A DNA stretch of 64,000 nt from Eledone cirrhosa (lineage: Eukaryota). Position numbers and translations under genes: made by a program. Of this stretch, positions 1-14,214 are shown piece after piece. The first letter of the stretch is position 1, and every line of letters begins with the position of its first letter. The stretch lies in NCBI GenBank assembly GCA_964016885.1, contig OZ024745.1, forward strand, positions 58,714,001 to 58,778,000, read 5' to 3'. Under the pieces are notes generated by a model. The model was given only the letters and a program-made list of their open reading frames with translations. It ran no database searches and had not been told where the DNA came from.

Positions 1-1162
1 CTTTCTGCTGAGGAACTGCTTCGCCGTGCCGAAGCTCCTCCATACACTCCGCAGCGCTCCGTGCTACACCCAGACATCTCTCCTCGTTGACCTCGATACT
101 TGTATCCGAACAGCAGCCGAGGAGATATGCAACGTCAAGTTTGACGACATAGGGTGGCAACAGGCCACTTTACCTGTCAGGTATGGCGGCCTAGGCCTCC
201 GGTCCCCGATCTCACTAGCTTTGCCGGCGTATCTCTCGTCGGTAACCTCGTGCCACGTTCTCGCCAGCAGGGTTCTTCAAAACACAACAGAACCCTCTGT
301 GTTCAGAGAACGCGAGGCCGCCTGTGAGACGTGGGACAGGCTGGGACTTAGCCCAGTAGACGTCCCTCCTCCTTCTCCTCTTGTTGACGTCAAGTCCCCC
401 CAACGCACTTGGGATGCCATCCAGTGCAGCCTGGCCTCAGACAGGCTCACGCGCCAGCTTGACCAGCACCGCCTTGCTTGTTTTCGTGCGGCCTCCAAAC
501 CCCACAGTGGTGCCTGGCTCCATGCCCTCTCCACTGGCACGCAGCTATACAAAAATAGCCTGCGCACCGGCGTTTCCCTGAGGCTAGGCCGCCGGATCTG
601 CCAGCCACACCAATGTCGCTGCGGTTCCACCGTGGACTCTTTCGGCCTCCACCCGCTTTCCTGTCGCCACAGTGCCGGCCGCATTCCACGCCATGTTGCA
701 CTCAACGAGGTCATTAAGCATGGCTTGGACGCTGCAGGCTTCCCTTCCCAGATCGAGCCGGTGGAGTTGGATCGAGGGGACGGCAAAAGGCCAGATGGCA
801 TGACCATCTTCCCGACCGCGGTGGCAAACCCCATCGACACTTTCTGCAGCCGCAACTTGGTGCAGTGTGTGACTGACCCGGGTTCTGCTGTACGTCGGGC
901 TGAGGGGACCAAACGCCTCAAATACCGGTTGCTCTCCGACAGGTTTGCGGTCCTACCCCTGGCAGTGGAGACTTCTGGTGTCCTCGGCTCCAGGGCTACC
1001 TCCTTTCTCACCACCATAGGCGCTGAGCTGGCCAGCCGCAGGTGTGAGCCCCGCGAGTTGGGGTGGCTATTCCAGCGCATCTCCCTCGCCGTCCCCCGGA
1101 GAAACGCCTTCTCCATTCTGTCCGCCGGGGCTGTGGGTGCGCCCCATCGCATACCGTTGTAG
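1..1162 (+). mobile_element. 3' part of a CRE-clade non-LTR retrotransposon ORF (post-RT region, zinc knuckle, restriction-like endonuclease); endonuclease damaged
   Basis: ORF 26-1162 contains LPVRYGGLGLR, SGAWL, CRCG..DSFGLHPLSC..GRIPRH, DGKRPDG, PLAVETSG and LFQRISLAV..RNA, all typical of CRE-like RLE elements. GC-rich against an AT-rich background, and runs off the window edge. Confidence 0.88.
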
Positions 1163-2682
1163 TTTTTGTAGAACAAACAGGAGGACTACAATATATATAT
1201 GTATACAATATATATACAATATATATATACTAAATTAAGTGATGCAGTCATCTTTTTTAAGATGGTTAGTGTGACTTTGGAGGTATTTGGCTGCTATTTA
1301 TTGCATATCTACTGATTACGTAAGGTCACTCGCGTTGGTTTAATGTATTAGATTTTTGACTTTGGTGGTAGTGGTGGCTTTAGTCAGAATAGTAGCTATA
1401 GTTTGTGGTGTGAAGCGTTGATTGATATTTTTGTTGTAATTTTCCTCTAGGTCAGCCATAATCGATTGAACGAACGATCAAATACGTACTAACCATAAAC
1501 ATTCCATCATTCGTTTTTCATTTAGGAGAAAATTATTGTGTGCATCCTTTTTATAAGAGAGGGCGTGAATTGAGGGAGATTTGGATGCTATTTCTAGTAT
1601 GTTTTGTGACTATATAGGAGTCTTCTTATTGATTGGAGGGGGTAGGTAGTATTAACAACTGGAAGTAGTTGAGTCACTAAAGATGGTAGTCGCTTTGGTA
1701 GTAGATTTGTGATGTTAGTATAAGTTATGAATAAACGTTAATACAATAGTTGTAATGCTGGACGTGGTACTACGAGTAAAATTGGTAAAGCATTAGACAA
1801 AATGTATTGCGGTATTTAGATACGGTTCTTTACGTACTGAGCTCAAATCACGCTTAGATCAATTTCGCTTTCGTCCTCCCGAGGTCGATAAAATAACATG
1901 TCAAACAATGGGATTAATATAATTGATTCTTCTCCTCCCTCAAAACGGAGTTTTCCTGTCTATGTTAGAACGGTGAACTCTTGTTGTTGTTGTTTAGAAG
2001 TAGTTCAACCCTGATTGAAGTGATTTTTTTTATCACAAGCATTCTGCCCGTTACCCCAGCTCTTGTTTTCAGACATCCTTTATCAAGCGTGTCCGGTTGT
2101 GGCCAGTTTTCTTTTTGTGACAGTGGTGGTAATTGTGGTGGTATATTATATTACTGCTAACGAGGGCTGTAGAAGCAACGAATTTTTAATGGGAGATATT
2201 TATTAGCGAACAAAAGTATAAAATAATGAAAGTATTAAAATAAAAAAAACATTGAATTGATAAACAGGAAGAGAAACAGAGAAAAATAGGCGAAGAAAGA
2301 AAAATTAAATAATTAAAAAAGGGAGGAAGGGAGAGAGAGGGAGAACACTCTACACACTTGGATGGGGGTATATCTCAACTGTGCCCCATGGACAAGATGG
2401 TGAAAGCATTGCCGTGGAGAACGGCCTACGACGATCACTGTGCAACAGCCATTATGGAGTTTTTCATCAGGCGGGATGCCTCTCTATTGATTTTGCTGAG
2501 GAAAACATTAATCCTGGGATTAAAAGTTAATTTATGTCAATAGGTTGCTGTTGTTGGAAGTTTAGCAAGATTTTACTAGAGTAGCTATGGATGGGAAATA
2601 GTAATTATGTGACGTTTAGTGATATAAATGTGTGTGTGTATGTATGTGTATATTTTTTGTATGTATTTATGTATGTATATGT

Positions 2683-2760
<78 letters not shown>

Positions 2761-3734
2761 TATCGGAGAAAGCTTTTAGCGATACTCCGGCCAAATTCCA
2801 ACTCACTCAACAAACATTAGGAAATAAGAGAGTATATTCCTAATTAAACGTTCGGGGTTCTAACTAAATGTATTGTGTGGAAAATTGGCTGTATTATTTC
2901 ATATGAGACATATCGAATATATCTCTTCCCAGACGGACGTCTCGTTTCTTTATAAGATTCCTACAATTTGGGTGAAATTATACCAATTTATGTAGGAGCT
3001 TGTATAAGATCAACAGATATATATATTCAAGTGGGCTCTTATAATTCATCAGTGGGTGCCCAATAATACTAATATTGATAATCTAACCAATATCAGTATT
3101 TAACGATAATCACCATCAGTGCCTGAGGTATCTGTTAGGTTGCTACTCCAACAGTTCTAAAGAAATACTCAAACTGATTCAAAAATGAGGAAGTATATTA
3201 CCGCATATATATATATATATGTTTGTATATGTATAATAAAGCCAAAACAATGCAGGTATGGACATAGAATAAAGAATACAAATGCAAAAGAATTTGTTGA
3301 CAATTAGTCTTTTACCTTAGATTTATTTAAATGTCCTTAATTTTCGAGATAATATCTCTTCTTCGGAGGGAAGTAAAGCGGTTCTAAATAGCTTGCCAAG
3401 TCATGCTGACAGGAAATGGTATAGAGTATCTGTTCTATCTCTAATGTCAAAGAGTTTAGGTTAGGTGGATAAAGAGTAGTCTCCCTTTAAAAGGGGTTTT
3501 ATTGTACACGCCTGTTTAAGAGTGTGGGAGAATGCGTGAAGGTGTAAGTATGTGTGAGTGAGTCTGAGAATATATGTCTATACGTAAATTATCTCCTGTT
3601 AGAACTTGTCTTTGTGTGTGTATGTGTGTGTGTATGTGTGTGTGTGAGAGGGAATAAGTGGAGGTGTAAGCGTGTGGGTGTGGGTGTGTGCGTGTGTGTG
3701 GGAGGGGGATGTAAATATGGGGCTAGATGCTCTA

Positions 3735-5880
3735 TCAAGTTATAAATTGGGTGTTGAGTTCTAGAATATTATTGATTGGTGGTTGTGTTTTGTCTATAAT
3801 TAGTCCTTCCTTAATTCTAAGATTGCCGAGGTTTCTTTCCTTAGTTTCTATCCTAACTGTTATGGTTTTGTCGGTGTTTTTGCATTTAACTAGGTGTTTC
3901 TTAAATGAGGAAGCGTTAGTATTGAGGTGTTATTTTATTCTTATGTGGAGTGGTCTGGTGGTGCTACCTACGTAGAAGTTGCTGCATTTGTCGCACTCTA
4001 GTCTGTATACGACGTAAGCCTGGTGGCATAGGTCTGTGTCGTTGATGGGGCAGTTGGCTAGCCTGCAGCGGTTTTCATGTCTGGTGGAGTGTCTTTTGGT
4101 TAGCTGTCCGCGTAGAGAAGGACCTGAGTGGGCCAGTTGGATATCTAGTCCCCCTCGTCTGATAGCTCTGCAGATGGCTGTTGTTGTTTCGTCACTGAAG
4201 TGTGGGAGCTTCAGGAAGCAAGTGTTAGTGCCTCGGGTGTGGTGTCCTCTGTTCTTTCTGGCACGGTTTGTGATGGATGTCGTGTATCCGTTCAGTTTGA
4301 GTACTTCCAGGAAATGTGTGGTGTGTGTGTCTCGGTCTCTAGCGTCGGTGCATTTGTACCGGGAACGTGTTAGTTCGTTCCTTATGTATCCGAACTTAGC
4401 GCCGGCTGGGAGGGCCGATCTGAAATGTACGAACAGGTCCCTGCTGGCGGCTTTTTTATAGAAGCAGGTGTGGATGTTGCCTTCCTCTGTTACCCTGAGT
4501 TGGAAGTCCAGTAGGGATAGGGATCCGCGGTCATCGGGGTGTTCCATGCTGAACTTTATACTGGCGTCTATGCTGGAGAATGTTGTGTATATTTTATCCG
4601 CCTCCTCACGGGATGATGTAAGGATGAGTATGTCATATACATATCGGGTGAAGAAGGTATGGGAATGGCAGGTGTTGAGGGCTCGGCATTCTAGCTGGTT
4701 CATATAGGTGATGGCCAGCAGGCCCGATAGGCTGGATCCCATGGGTAATCCTGTTGTCTGTCTGTATGTGTGGTTGTGGAAGGTGAAGTACGTGTTGTCC
4801 ACCGTGAAGGACAAAATCTGGTGTATGTCCGTCGGATGGAGGCCGTAGCAGTGGATGTCCTCTGCGACCACGCAGTCCGTCAATAAATCGACAGCTGGAT
4901 GAGCGGGGACTGTAGTGTAGAGGGAGACAACGTCGAGGCTAAAGGCGTATCTATTTAGTTTAAGTTGTTCTTGCTGGAGTTGGTGTAGTCTACGTATGAC
5001 TTCGTCGGAGCTACTGACATGCCCGGGAAAGGTGGAGAGTAGAGGCTTGAGGACCTGGGAGAGGAGCCAGGAAATTGTATAGGGGTCCTTCTATGCTAGA
5101 GACGATGGGTCTTATTTGTGTCTTAGTACTATTCTTGTGGGTCTTGTTGAGGTGGTAGAAAGTGGGCAGTCTTTTATTTCTAGTGGTGTAGTTGAGCTTA
5201 ACTTTATTTGGGAGTTGTCTTCTCTTACAGATGTCGAACCAGATGGAGTTGGTCTGTTTTTCGATCTGGGCTGCAGTCGTGTCCGGGATCTCTGTATATA
5301 GTTCATTGTCGCTTAGGTGTTCAAAGGCTAGGTTGTTGTATGTAGCTTGAGAGATGACGCAAAACTCTTTACCTTTGTCGGATGGTAAGTATATAAGTTC
5401 CCTATTCCGTAGGTTCTTCAGGGCGAGTTGTTGTGTCCTGGAGAGGTTTGGGGCTATCTTCTTCTGTTTCCGTAAGATGTTAAATACGGAATGTTTTAGC
5501 CTCGAGAGTTTTTCTTCAAGCTCGCGGTTGGCAGGCGGTGGGTAGAGTGGGCGATCCAGTTGGTATATCGGGAATCTGGGTTTGTTAGGTTCCGTGGTGT
5601 TGTTGCCGAGAGTCGATATCCATTTTAGTTGGTAGGCAGCCCGACAGAAATTCGTTTCTATGTCGAGCCATAATTTGACGTCCAGTCGCTGTTTCAATAT
5701 GAACTTGGGACCCAGGCTGAGGAGGTCTAATTCCTCTCGGGAGAGGGATCCTGTCAAGTCTGTGACGAGGTGTTTTGCGTCAGGTGTGTTGTTGGTCGGG
5801 GCACCGCTAGGTTCGGTGTTGGTACCGTCTTGTTCGCCTCTGTTGGTGCTTAGAGTTGGGTTGTTGTTAAGACGGTTAGC
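3735..5880 (-). pseudogene. PLE reverse transcriptase-GIY-YIG endonuclease ORF, inactivated
   Basis: Motifs LLSLGPKF, SDKG, RPIVS, SLDVVSLYT, QTTGLPMGSSLS, RYVYDI (YVDD mutated), LSLLD and VVYRLECDKCSNFYVGSTTRPLHIRIK. Frameshift near 5065 and in-frame TAA at 3930. Confidence 0.9.
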
Positions 5881-6063
5881 CGTGCTGAGTTTGAGAAATG
5901 TTTGCGTTAGGCATGTACAATAAAACCCCTTTTAAAGGGAGACTACTCTTTATCCACCTAACCTTAACTCTTTGACATTAGAGATAGAACAGATACTCTA
6001 TACCATTTCCTGTCAGCATGACTTGGCAAGCTATTTAGAACACTGGTTTAACCGCTTTACTTC

Positions 6064-6098
6064 CCTCCGAAGAAGAGATATTATCTCGAAAATTAAGG
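6064..6098 (+). ncRNA. Minimal hammerhead-like motif in pLTR of PLE A (mirror copy at about 3335-3370, minus strand)
   Basis: CCT-CCGAAGA-A-GAGATA-T-TATCTC-GAAA-AT-TA-AGG; U4 to C variant core, 6-bp stem II, 3-bp stem I. Confidence 0.55.
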
Positions 6099-6257
6099 AC
6101 ATTTAAATAAATCTAAATTAAAAGACTAATTGTCAACAAATTCTTTTGTATTTGCATTCCTTATTCTATGTCCATACCTGCATTGTTTTGGGTTTATTAT
6201 ACATATACAAACGTTTATACCTCATTACACAATGCTTCAAGTGAACTATAACTTCCT

Positions 6258-6311
<54 letters not shown>

Positions 6312-6319
<8 letters not shown>

Positions 6320-6922
6320 CAGATTAAAGTTTAAGCAAAGAATCGCTGCTTTCACTGCTTTCACCCTTAACGGGATCTTCTGAAACTAAAAATATCAATC
6401 TGTGAACGCAGAAGTAAATATTTCGAAAAACGATGCAACCGAAGGAAGACAGGAAGACGATACTTTGGTTCGTGGAAACGTTCCCTGGCAAAGAACGGAA
6501 AAAAACGATAATAATACGTCATTATTTGGAGCGGTGAAAACAATTACACGCAAAGACAAAACCACGTTTATGGTTTAAATGAAGTCATAGACTAATATTC
6601 TGTTATTGTTTTCACCGCTCCTAATTATGATGTATTATTTTCGTTTCTTTCCGTTCTTTGCCAGGGAACGTTTCGACGAACCAAAGTATCGTCTTCCTGT
6701 TTTTCTTCGGTTGCAACGTTTTTCGAAATATTTACTTCTGTGTTCACAGATTGATATTTTTAGTTTCAGAAGATCCCGTTAAGTGTGAAAGCAGCGATTC
6801 TTTGCTTAAACTTTACTCTGTTATTTTAATAAATATTTGCTCTATGGTTCTTATATATTTGATATATATTTATCCTTATCGAGCCCTCTTTGGATTTATT
6901 ATTATCACAATATTCAAATTTA

Positions 6923-6933
<11 letters not shown>
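6312..6933 (+). mobile_element. Fold-back PLE-pLTR-like element with tail
   Basis: Arms about 6313-6548 and 6601-6830, tail about 6836-6933, (TA)n on both sides. Related pieces at 37060-37135 (arm) and 32359-32439 (tail). Confidence 0.75.
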
Positions 6934-6957
<24 letters not shown>

Positions 6958-7524
6958 CACCGCTGCCACTACTACTAACCCCCATACGCTCACTCACCCA
7001 TTATATTTATTTCTCTACCCATTTATATACTTTTTATAAATCATATCGTATAACTTCACATTTCATAATATGTTATAGTATTTCATATCTTCTATAATCT
7101 CTATAATCTCTATATCGTATTTTATTTTATTTTGAGTATAAATCTATTTTTCAAAAAACATCTTTTCACTATAGTCATTCATATATTACATCACCACTCT
7201 ACACAATATTCCAATCCTCCTAGTCTCATATTATTCTGCCAATTTTACCAATTTTTCTCTTCTTCCCCTCCTACACGCCTACATCCACCATCATCGCCTA
7301 CTAGATTCTTATCATAGCTGTATTCTTTCCACCATCGCATTTTAACACTCTTCCTTTGACCCGGGCGTCTCCAACAGGTCTTATTCTTTTGTCCTTTGTT
7401 GAAGATAAAATATCTCTGCCCCACTTCCGGTTTTGCTATGTTCGTAAATGAAAAACGTGGTCTCTGGTAGGAAAGATGAACGGAAAACAAAATTGTAATT
7501 TCCGCCTGAATTAGAAATACACAC

Positions 7525-7605
<81 letters not shown>

Positions 7606-7913
7606 GGAACAGAATATTTCTTTAGATTCTTAATACTGAGACCCCAGAATGTGGAAAGAAGGCCCACGTATGAATTTGAGATAACTTCCCATAGTTACTG
7701 GCAGATGAAGTGGAGGAAGAAATGGGGAGAAAGAAGATGACGAAAAGAAGAAAGAATAGAAATTAATAATTGTTTCTACGTTTGGCACAAGGCCAGCAAT
7801 TACCCAGTGCATTACTGGTACTTTATTTTAGTAATTAGAAATAATTTTAGTAATTAGTAATTAGAAATAGAAATTAATAATGGAAATATTTTACTATCTC
7901 TCTCTCTGCCTCT

Positions 7914-8322
<409 letters not shown>

Positions 8323-9425
8323 ATATATATCTGTGTATATTAATATAAAGAATGATGTGCTCATGCACGGAGATGTTATAGAATTGCTCATAGAATAGTG
8401 TTTAAAGGTGAAAAGAACACCTGAAGGGCGTTAGACTCTAAGTAATATACTATACCTTTAAAACTGACCACAACATGACTCTGCCAAATATAAATACGGT
8501 TTTCATGTACTTCCAGAACAAAAAATATATTCTTCAGTCGATTATATAGTTCTCTAGTACCTCACTGAGACTATGTTATATACCTAGGAAGAATGTAAGG
8601 CAACATTGTTATTGTTTGGGATTCAAAACGATGCCTTAGACAATTGACTACAACTCTCACCATGCCAATACAGACTCTTATTTAGTTGAAGGGATGTTAT
8701 CTTCATTCTAGTCTTAACTTCTTAGTTGCTTTGTTTCTATATTTAACATGAATGCTGTGTATTTTCCTCAGCCATTCTCTTATCTTTGTACTTCCCCCGG
8801 ATAAATACCTGCCCGTAAGTATGTGCCAATGTTATCATAGAAATCAATTATATTCATGAAATAGTTTTCATAGTTGGTTAGGCAGGAACTCACCCGAGTT
8901 TTTATAAGCTGATTTGTACATGAAACGCAAAATGTGGTTGTTAATCTGCTTATATTACAAGAAATATCAGCGCCATAATATTTTTTTCTTTTTCAATCCT
9001 GACAGATTAAACAGTTCAATGGTGTTTGGCGGTGCATTTGTCAAACAGTAGTGATAAAAAATACTACCGCTTTACAACATTACGTTATAGTTACATTGTG
9101 TATTTGAATGTATCATCACAAAGTTACATTTATCGAACGAACTGATGTTCTCACAGAATGTTATTTTGATGTATCCACAAAGAGGGATATTTCTCCATAA
9201 CTGCTCACTGGAGATGAAAAGGAAATGATTATAAAAGCGATGATATATGTTATGTAACTGTGAATGTGTGAATAAGTGAGGATAAAACCCTTTCGCTGCT
9301 GCTAAATAACAAGCTTATGTGTTTGATATATGTTTAAAAATATATTTCAAATAGTTTCCAGTCATATTTTATTATTTTATTGCTTTCAGTATGTTAATAA
9401 TGAGAATTGACGTTACATAATGCAT

Positions 9426-9710
<285 letters not shown>

Positions 9711-10436
9711 CATACGCGCATGTATGTGTGTATTTTTTTGTTATTTCGTTACTTAATTTTTAAATACCTACTCGGGAGACAAGAGTTTAGGGTTCAAGGC
9801 GCAAGATCGTTAACGCATGTATATTTAATTCCCAAAATGTGTGATGTGTGGTGTGCTTAGACAAGCCTCTTCGTTTCATGCTACTTAAATTCACTAACCT
9901 GGCAGGTAAATTTGCGACTGACTTTGTACTGTTTGTTGTTTAAAATTATATGAAATCGGGATAAGCTCCGATCTGATTAACTTCGTGTCTTCAGAAAGAG
10001 ACTTTAATCTTTAAGTAGAGGAAGTTATAGCGTTGTCAGAGATAATTCCAGTTAATTTAATTCGAAGGATCGGATAAAAAAAAAAACTTCGAATTGTTTC
10101 TCTATTTAGGATGGCTTCAAAACAAAGCATGTTGGACAGCATTCCAACTAAAATATGTATCTTTAAATGCAACATAATTGGCATAATTGAATCACTACCC
10201 GATAAATTGTTAAAACTCCAATATCTGAGTAAGTTTTACACTACAAAAGAAATGCATTGTGTATTTGAACAATACATCTAAAGCTATAGGTTCAAGTTGG
10301 GTCAACGGTTGTAAAACGATTAACAGATATTATAGAAATGATACATGTATTCCATTGTCTTTTAACGACTGATTTATTTATGAGGGGTTAATAGCTTTAG
10401 TGACGTTTTTTAAAACTCTAATATAACTCGCCACAA

Positions 10437-10625
10437 AATAATTGTTTCTACTTTAGGCACAAGGCCAGCAATTATCCAGTGCATTACTGGTACTTTATTT
10501 TATCGACCCCGTAAGGATGAAAGGCAAAGTCAACCTCGGCGGGATTTGAACTCAGATCGTAAAGGGACGTAACTATGCTGGAAAGCATGGCGTCCGACCC
10601 TCTACCGATACTGCCAATCCACCGC
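10437..10625 (-). mobile_element. tRNA-derived SINE, major family, young short-tail variant
   Basis: A-box-like GGATTGGCAGTATCGGTAGAG and B-box GAGTTCAAATCCC on the minus strand, core GCCTTTCATCCTTACGGGGTCGATAAAATAAAGTACC, TSD CAAAATAAT. Confidence 0.9.
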
Positions 10626-10992
10626 AAAATAATAAACGTTAAAATAGATAGCTACTTATTTTTGAAAACTAACCATTTAGCTAAATCATATTATCCTCCC
10701 ACATGTCCTTGCAGTGATGACATTGCTAATTTCGTGTGACTCATTATTCGAGTTGTAGTAAAATTGACTCAATTACTCAATTACTGGCTTCTACGAATAT
10801 TTACTATCTAACGTTGAGCTACTAATCGGTTTGTCTACTTTCATTAGAAGACACCATAAAAACAAGCACGGTAAATGATCATCATATATCACTATACCGT
10901 AAAACTACACTCATACTCATACTCATACTCACACACAGATACATCCCTTGCACACGACTCCATGGAACTGTTATGGTCGCATACATATTCAC

Positions 10993-11037
<45 letters not shown>

Positions 11038-11214
11038 AACGTGTGTGTGTGTGTGTATATATGTGTATATGTATATATATATATATATATATACATATAC
11101 ACACACATATATATATACACACACACACGTTTGAGTGTGTATATATATACGTGAATATGTATATATATATATATTTATATACATCTATGTATATATAAAT
11201 ATATATATATATAC

Positions 11215-11295
<81 letters not shown>

Positions 11296-11358
11296 TATAG
11301 ATATATACGTGTATGCATATACGTATATATCTATATGCACCTGCATACACGCACACAG

Positions 11359-11389
<31 letters not shown>

Positions 11390-11391
11390 AA

Positions 11392-11448
<57 letters not shown>

Positions 11449-11692
11449 ATGTGCAGAGATTTGTGAAAGTTTTTGAAGGTATAAATCTGATTTGTTTTAG
11501 CGCTTTGGCAAAATATGGGCGAATATCCAAACTAAATTTACACCTGTTTGAGGAATATGATTCTATAAATATTAACGTTTTGGTAAATGTTAAAAATATC
11601 ACTCATGTTAATAAAAATAGCTTAAAACCTAGTCGTTGAAGGTCATGATATTATGTATTACACGTAGATATTCGTTACAAACACAAACACAC

Positions 11693-11791
<99 letters not shown>

Positions 11792-11833
11792 CACAGTACA
11801 TATATATATATATTTATATATATATATATATAC

Positions 11834-11939
<106 letters not shown>

Positions 11940-12257
11940 ATATGTGTGTCTGTGTGTGTGTGATTATATAAACAAAACAAACTAGTGAAAAGAATGAGGC
12001 TTCATAACTCTCTTTCGTGGCATTTAAAGGCACTTGAAGCGTTAGCCAAGATAAATAATTTCGGAAATAATGATTCTCTTAAAAGTTTTGGCACATGATC
12101 AGCTTGTAGTATAATTTAAATGGACAGAGTAAATCCCTGGTACATATTTTATCATTAACAAAGTAATGAAAGAGAAAATTATTCAGAACAAGTTTTGAAC
12201 TTGAAACCTAAATAGTATAGTATTTTCTATAACGTATGTTAGTCTGGATTTTACCGT

Positions 12258-12258
<1 letters not shown>

Positions 12259-12303
<45 letters not shown>

Positions 12304-12460
12304 GCTACTGCTTCTTCTTCTTCTTCTTCTTCTTCTTCTTCTTCTTCTTCTTCTTCTTCTTCTTCTTCTTCTTCTTCTTCTTCTTCTTCTTCTTCTTCTT
12401 CTTCTTTTTCTTCTTCTTCTTCTTCTTCTTCTTCTTCTTCTTCTTCTTCTTCTTCTTCTT
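12259..12460. repeat. (TAC)n(TTC)n trinucleotide microsatellite
   Basis: Directly visible; explains the poly-L and poly-E ORFs. Confidence 0.95.
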
Positions 12461-12462
12461 GT

Positions 12463-12666
12463 ATTGGCAGGGATGGTAAAGCGTCAGACACTATGCTTCG
12501 TGGCACAAAGTTACGTTCCTTTACGTTTCTGAATTCAAACCCCGCCGAAGTTAGCTTTCCCGTTCCTCCTTACACGGTCGATAAAATAAAGTACCAGTAA
12601 TGCACCAATAATGTACTTTCCCTTACCTTCAAATTGCTGGCTTTCTGTCAAAATTAGAAACAATTA
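12463..12666 (+). mobile_element. tRNA-derived SINE, major family, diverged
   Basis: Head, GAATTCAAACCCCGCCG B-box variant, core and 3' end are alignable to other copies. Confidence 0.8.
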
Positions 12667-13019
12667 TCTAACTAGGCTCAATACCTTCGAGTTTTTGGTG
12701 ATCAATTCAGTTCCTGGCACAATATTTATTCTATCAATCGCAGAAGGTAGAAAAGTTAACTTGTTGAATATTTAAAATCAGAAATAAACAGGACGTTGCT
12801 AACACCTCAAGGCATTTTGTTTAAAGCTCTATCAATTCTGCCAATTCGATGAATGGTTAGGATTAAGTTCAGAAAAAGGACGATGTATAGCAGAACCGGC
12901 AAAGCGCGCGACAAAATTACTTGATCTATTTAGTTACGTTCTCATTTCAAATCACATCATTGTTAATCTGACATGTTATCCTCCTTACATCAGTAAGACA
13001 GGTATGTATGTATCCGCAA

Positions 13020-13290
13020 CTCTCGACGGAGTTGAAAAGGCGCCATATTGAAATACAGCGAATTATAGGGCATTTTTAAAACCCAGCGGAGCTTATCTCC
13101 TCCCCAGGTCTGAATACTGCAGATTTCTCCCAGAAAAGGATAGAGAAAGAAAGAAAGGAAGTGAGAAAGAGATATAGATGTATTTTTATAGACCTTGAAT
13201 GGATGAAAAGCAAAGTTGACATCGGTGAGGTTTGAGAGCCGAAACGAATGCCGTAAAGTATTCTACCCGACGTTCTAACGATTCCGGTTA
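13020..13290 (-). mobile_element. SINE of major family with alternative 3' tail
   Basis: Head and core 13185-13290; tail 13020-13140 shared with copies near 25620, 35395, 45975 and 48090. Confidence 0.65.
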
Positions 13291-13929
13291 TCAATAGGAT
13301 AAATACATATCAAATACTAGTGTCCATTCTATTAACTGATTCCCTTTCTCTAATTCGCTATTCCATACTGACACTAAAAATCATTGTTAATCTCAATAGA
13401 AATGCAGTTACTGTTTAATGTTTTAATTGAAGTATGTAAATACAATAAGTTAATATCGTAGGAAGTATTGCCGACAATCTGCTGATCTAACTGATTATAA
13501 TATGTAGATCTTGTAGATGTGTCTGTTGTTATGAGAAAAGATTTTAATAGCATTAATAAACTTAATAATTAACAATAATGATTTCTTTATTATTTGTATA
13601 ACAACGGTAATTACACTAACATACGTGGAAGGAATTTGTAAACTTCCTTAATTGCTATTAATGATAAAATATACCTCCATTACTAAATCACTCACCACAT
13701 TCCAAGCCGGTGAAACTGATAGAAAATCCAAAAATATGGAGACATACAAACGTTATGGTATTGCTAGCTTGGTATTAATGGATACACTAGCGCTTGTAAA
13801 ATACATGCTTCAGCTCTAGTAATTAACGAGGAAATGAGCATGTGATCGCGTAGCGTATTAATAACATTCTGACATATCTATATAATTAATATTTACTGGA
13901 CAAAACATAAAGAATTCGAACTGGAAACG

Positions 13930-14021
13930 AAGAGAGGGAAAGAGAGAGAGAGAAAGAGAGAGAGGGAGAGAGAGAAAGAGAGAGAAAGAAAGAGAGAGGG
14001 AGTGTGTGTGTGTGTGTGTGT

Positions 14022-14062
<41 letters not shown>

Positions 14063-14214
14063 CGTGTGTATGTGTGTGTGTGTGTGTGCGTGTGTGTATG
14101 TGTGTGTATGTGTGTGTGTATGTGCGTGTGTGCGTGTGTGCGTGTGTGCGTGTGTGTGTGTATGTGTGTGCGCGCGCGCGTGTATGTGTATGTGTGTGTA
14201 TGTGTGTGTGTGTG
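13930..14214. repeat. (GA)n/(GT)n microsatellite
   Basis: Directly visible. Confidence 0.95.

Larger units (their letters stand above)
3221..6260 (-). mobile_element. Penelope-like element A, 5'-truncated, with inverted pLTRs, flanked by (TA)n
   Basis: 3221-3508 is the reverse complement of about 5914-6212. An extra unpaired tail lies at 6213-6260. RT and GIY-YIG coding sequence lies between the arms, with (TA)n at both ends. Confidence 0.92.

Noticed and set aside
277-1176. 299-aa minus-strand ORF
   Set aside because: Antisense shadow of the GC-rich CRE ORF with no recognisable motifs.
2890-2935. Hammerhead-like hairpin GAGATATAT/ATATGTCTC followed by GAAA on the minus strand
   Set aside because: The CUGANGA core and stem I are not recoverable; too degenerate to call.
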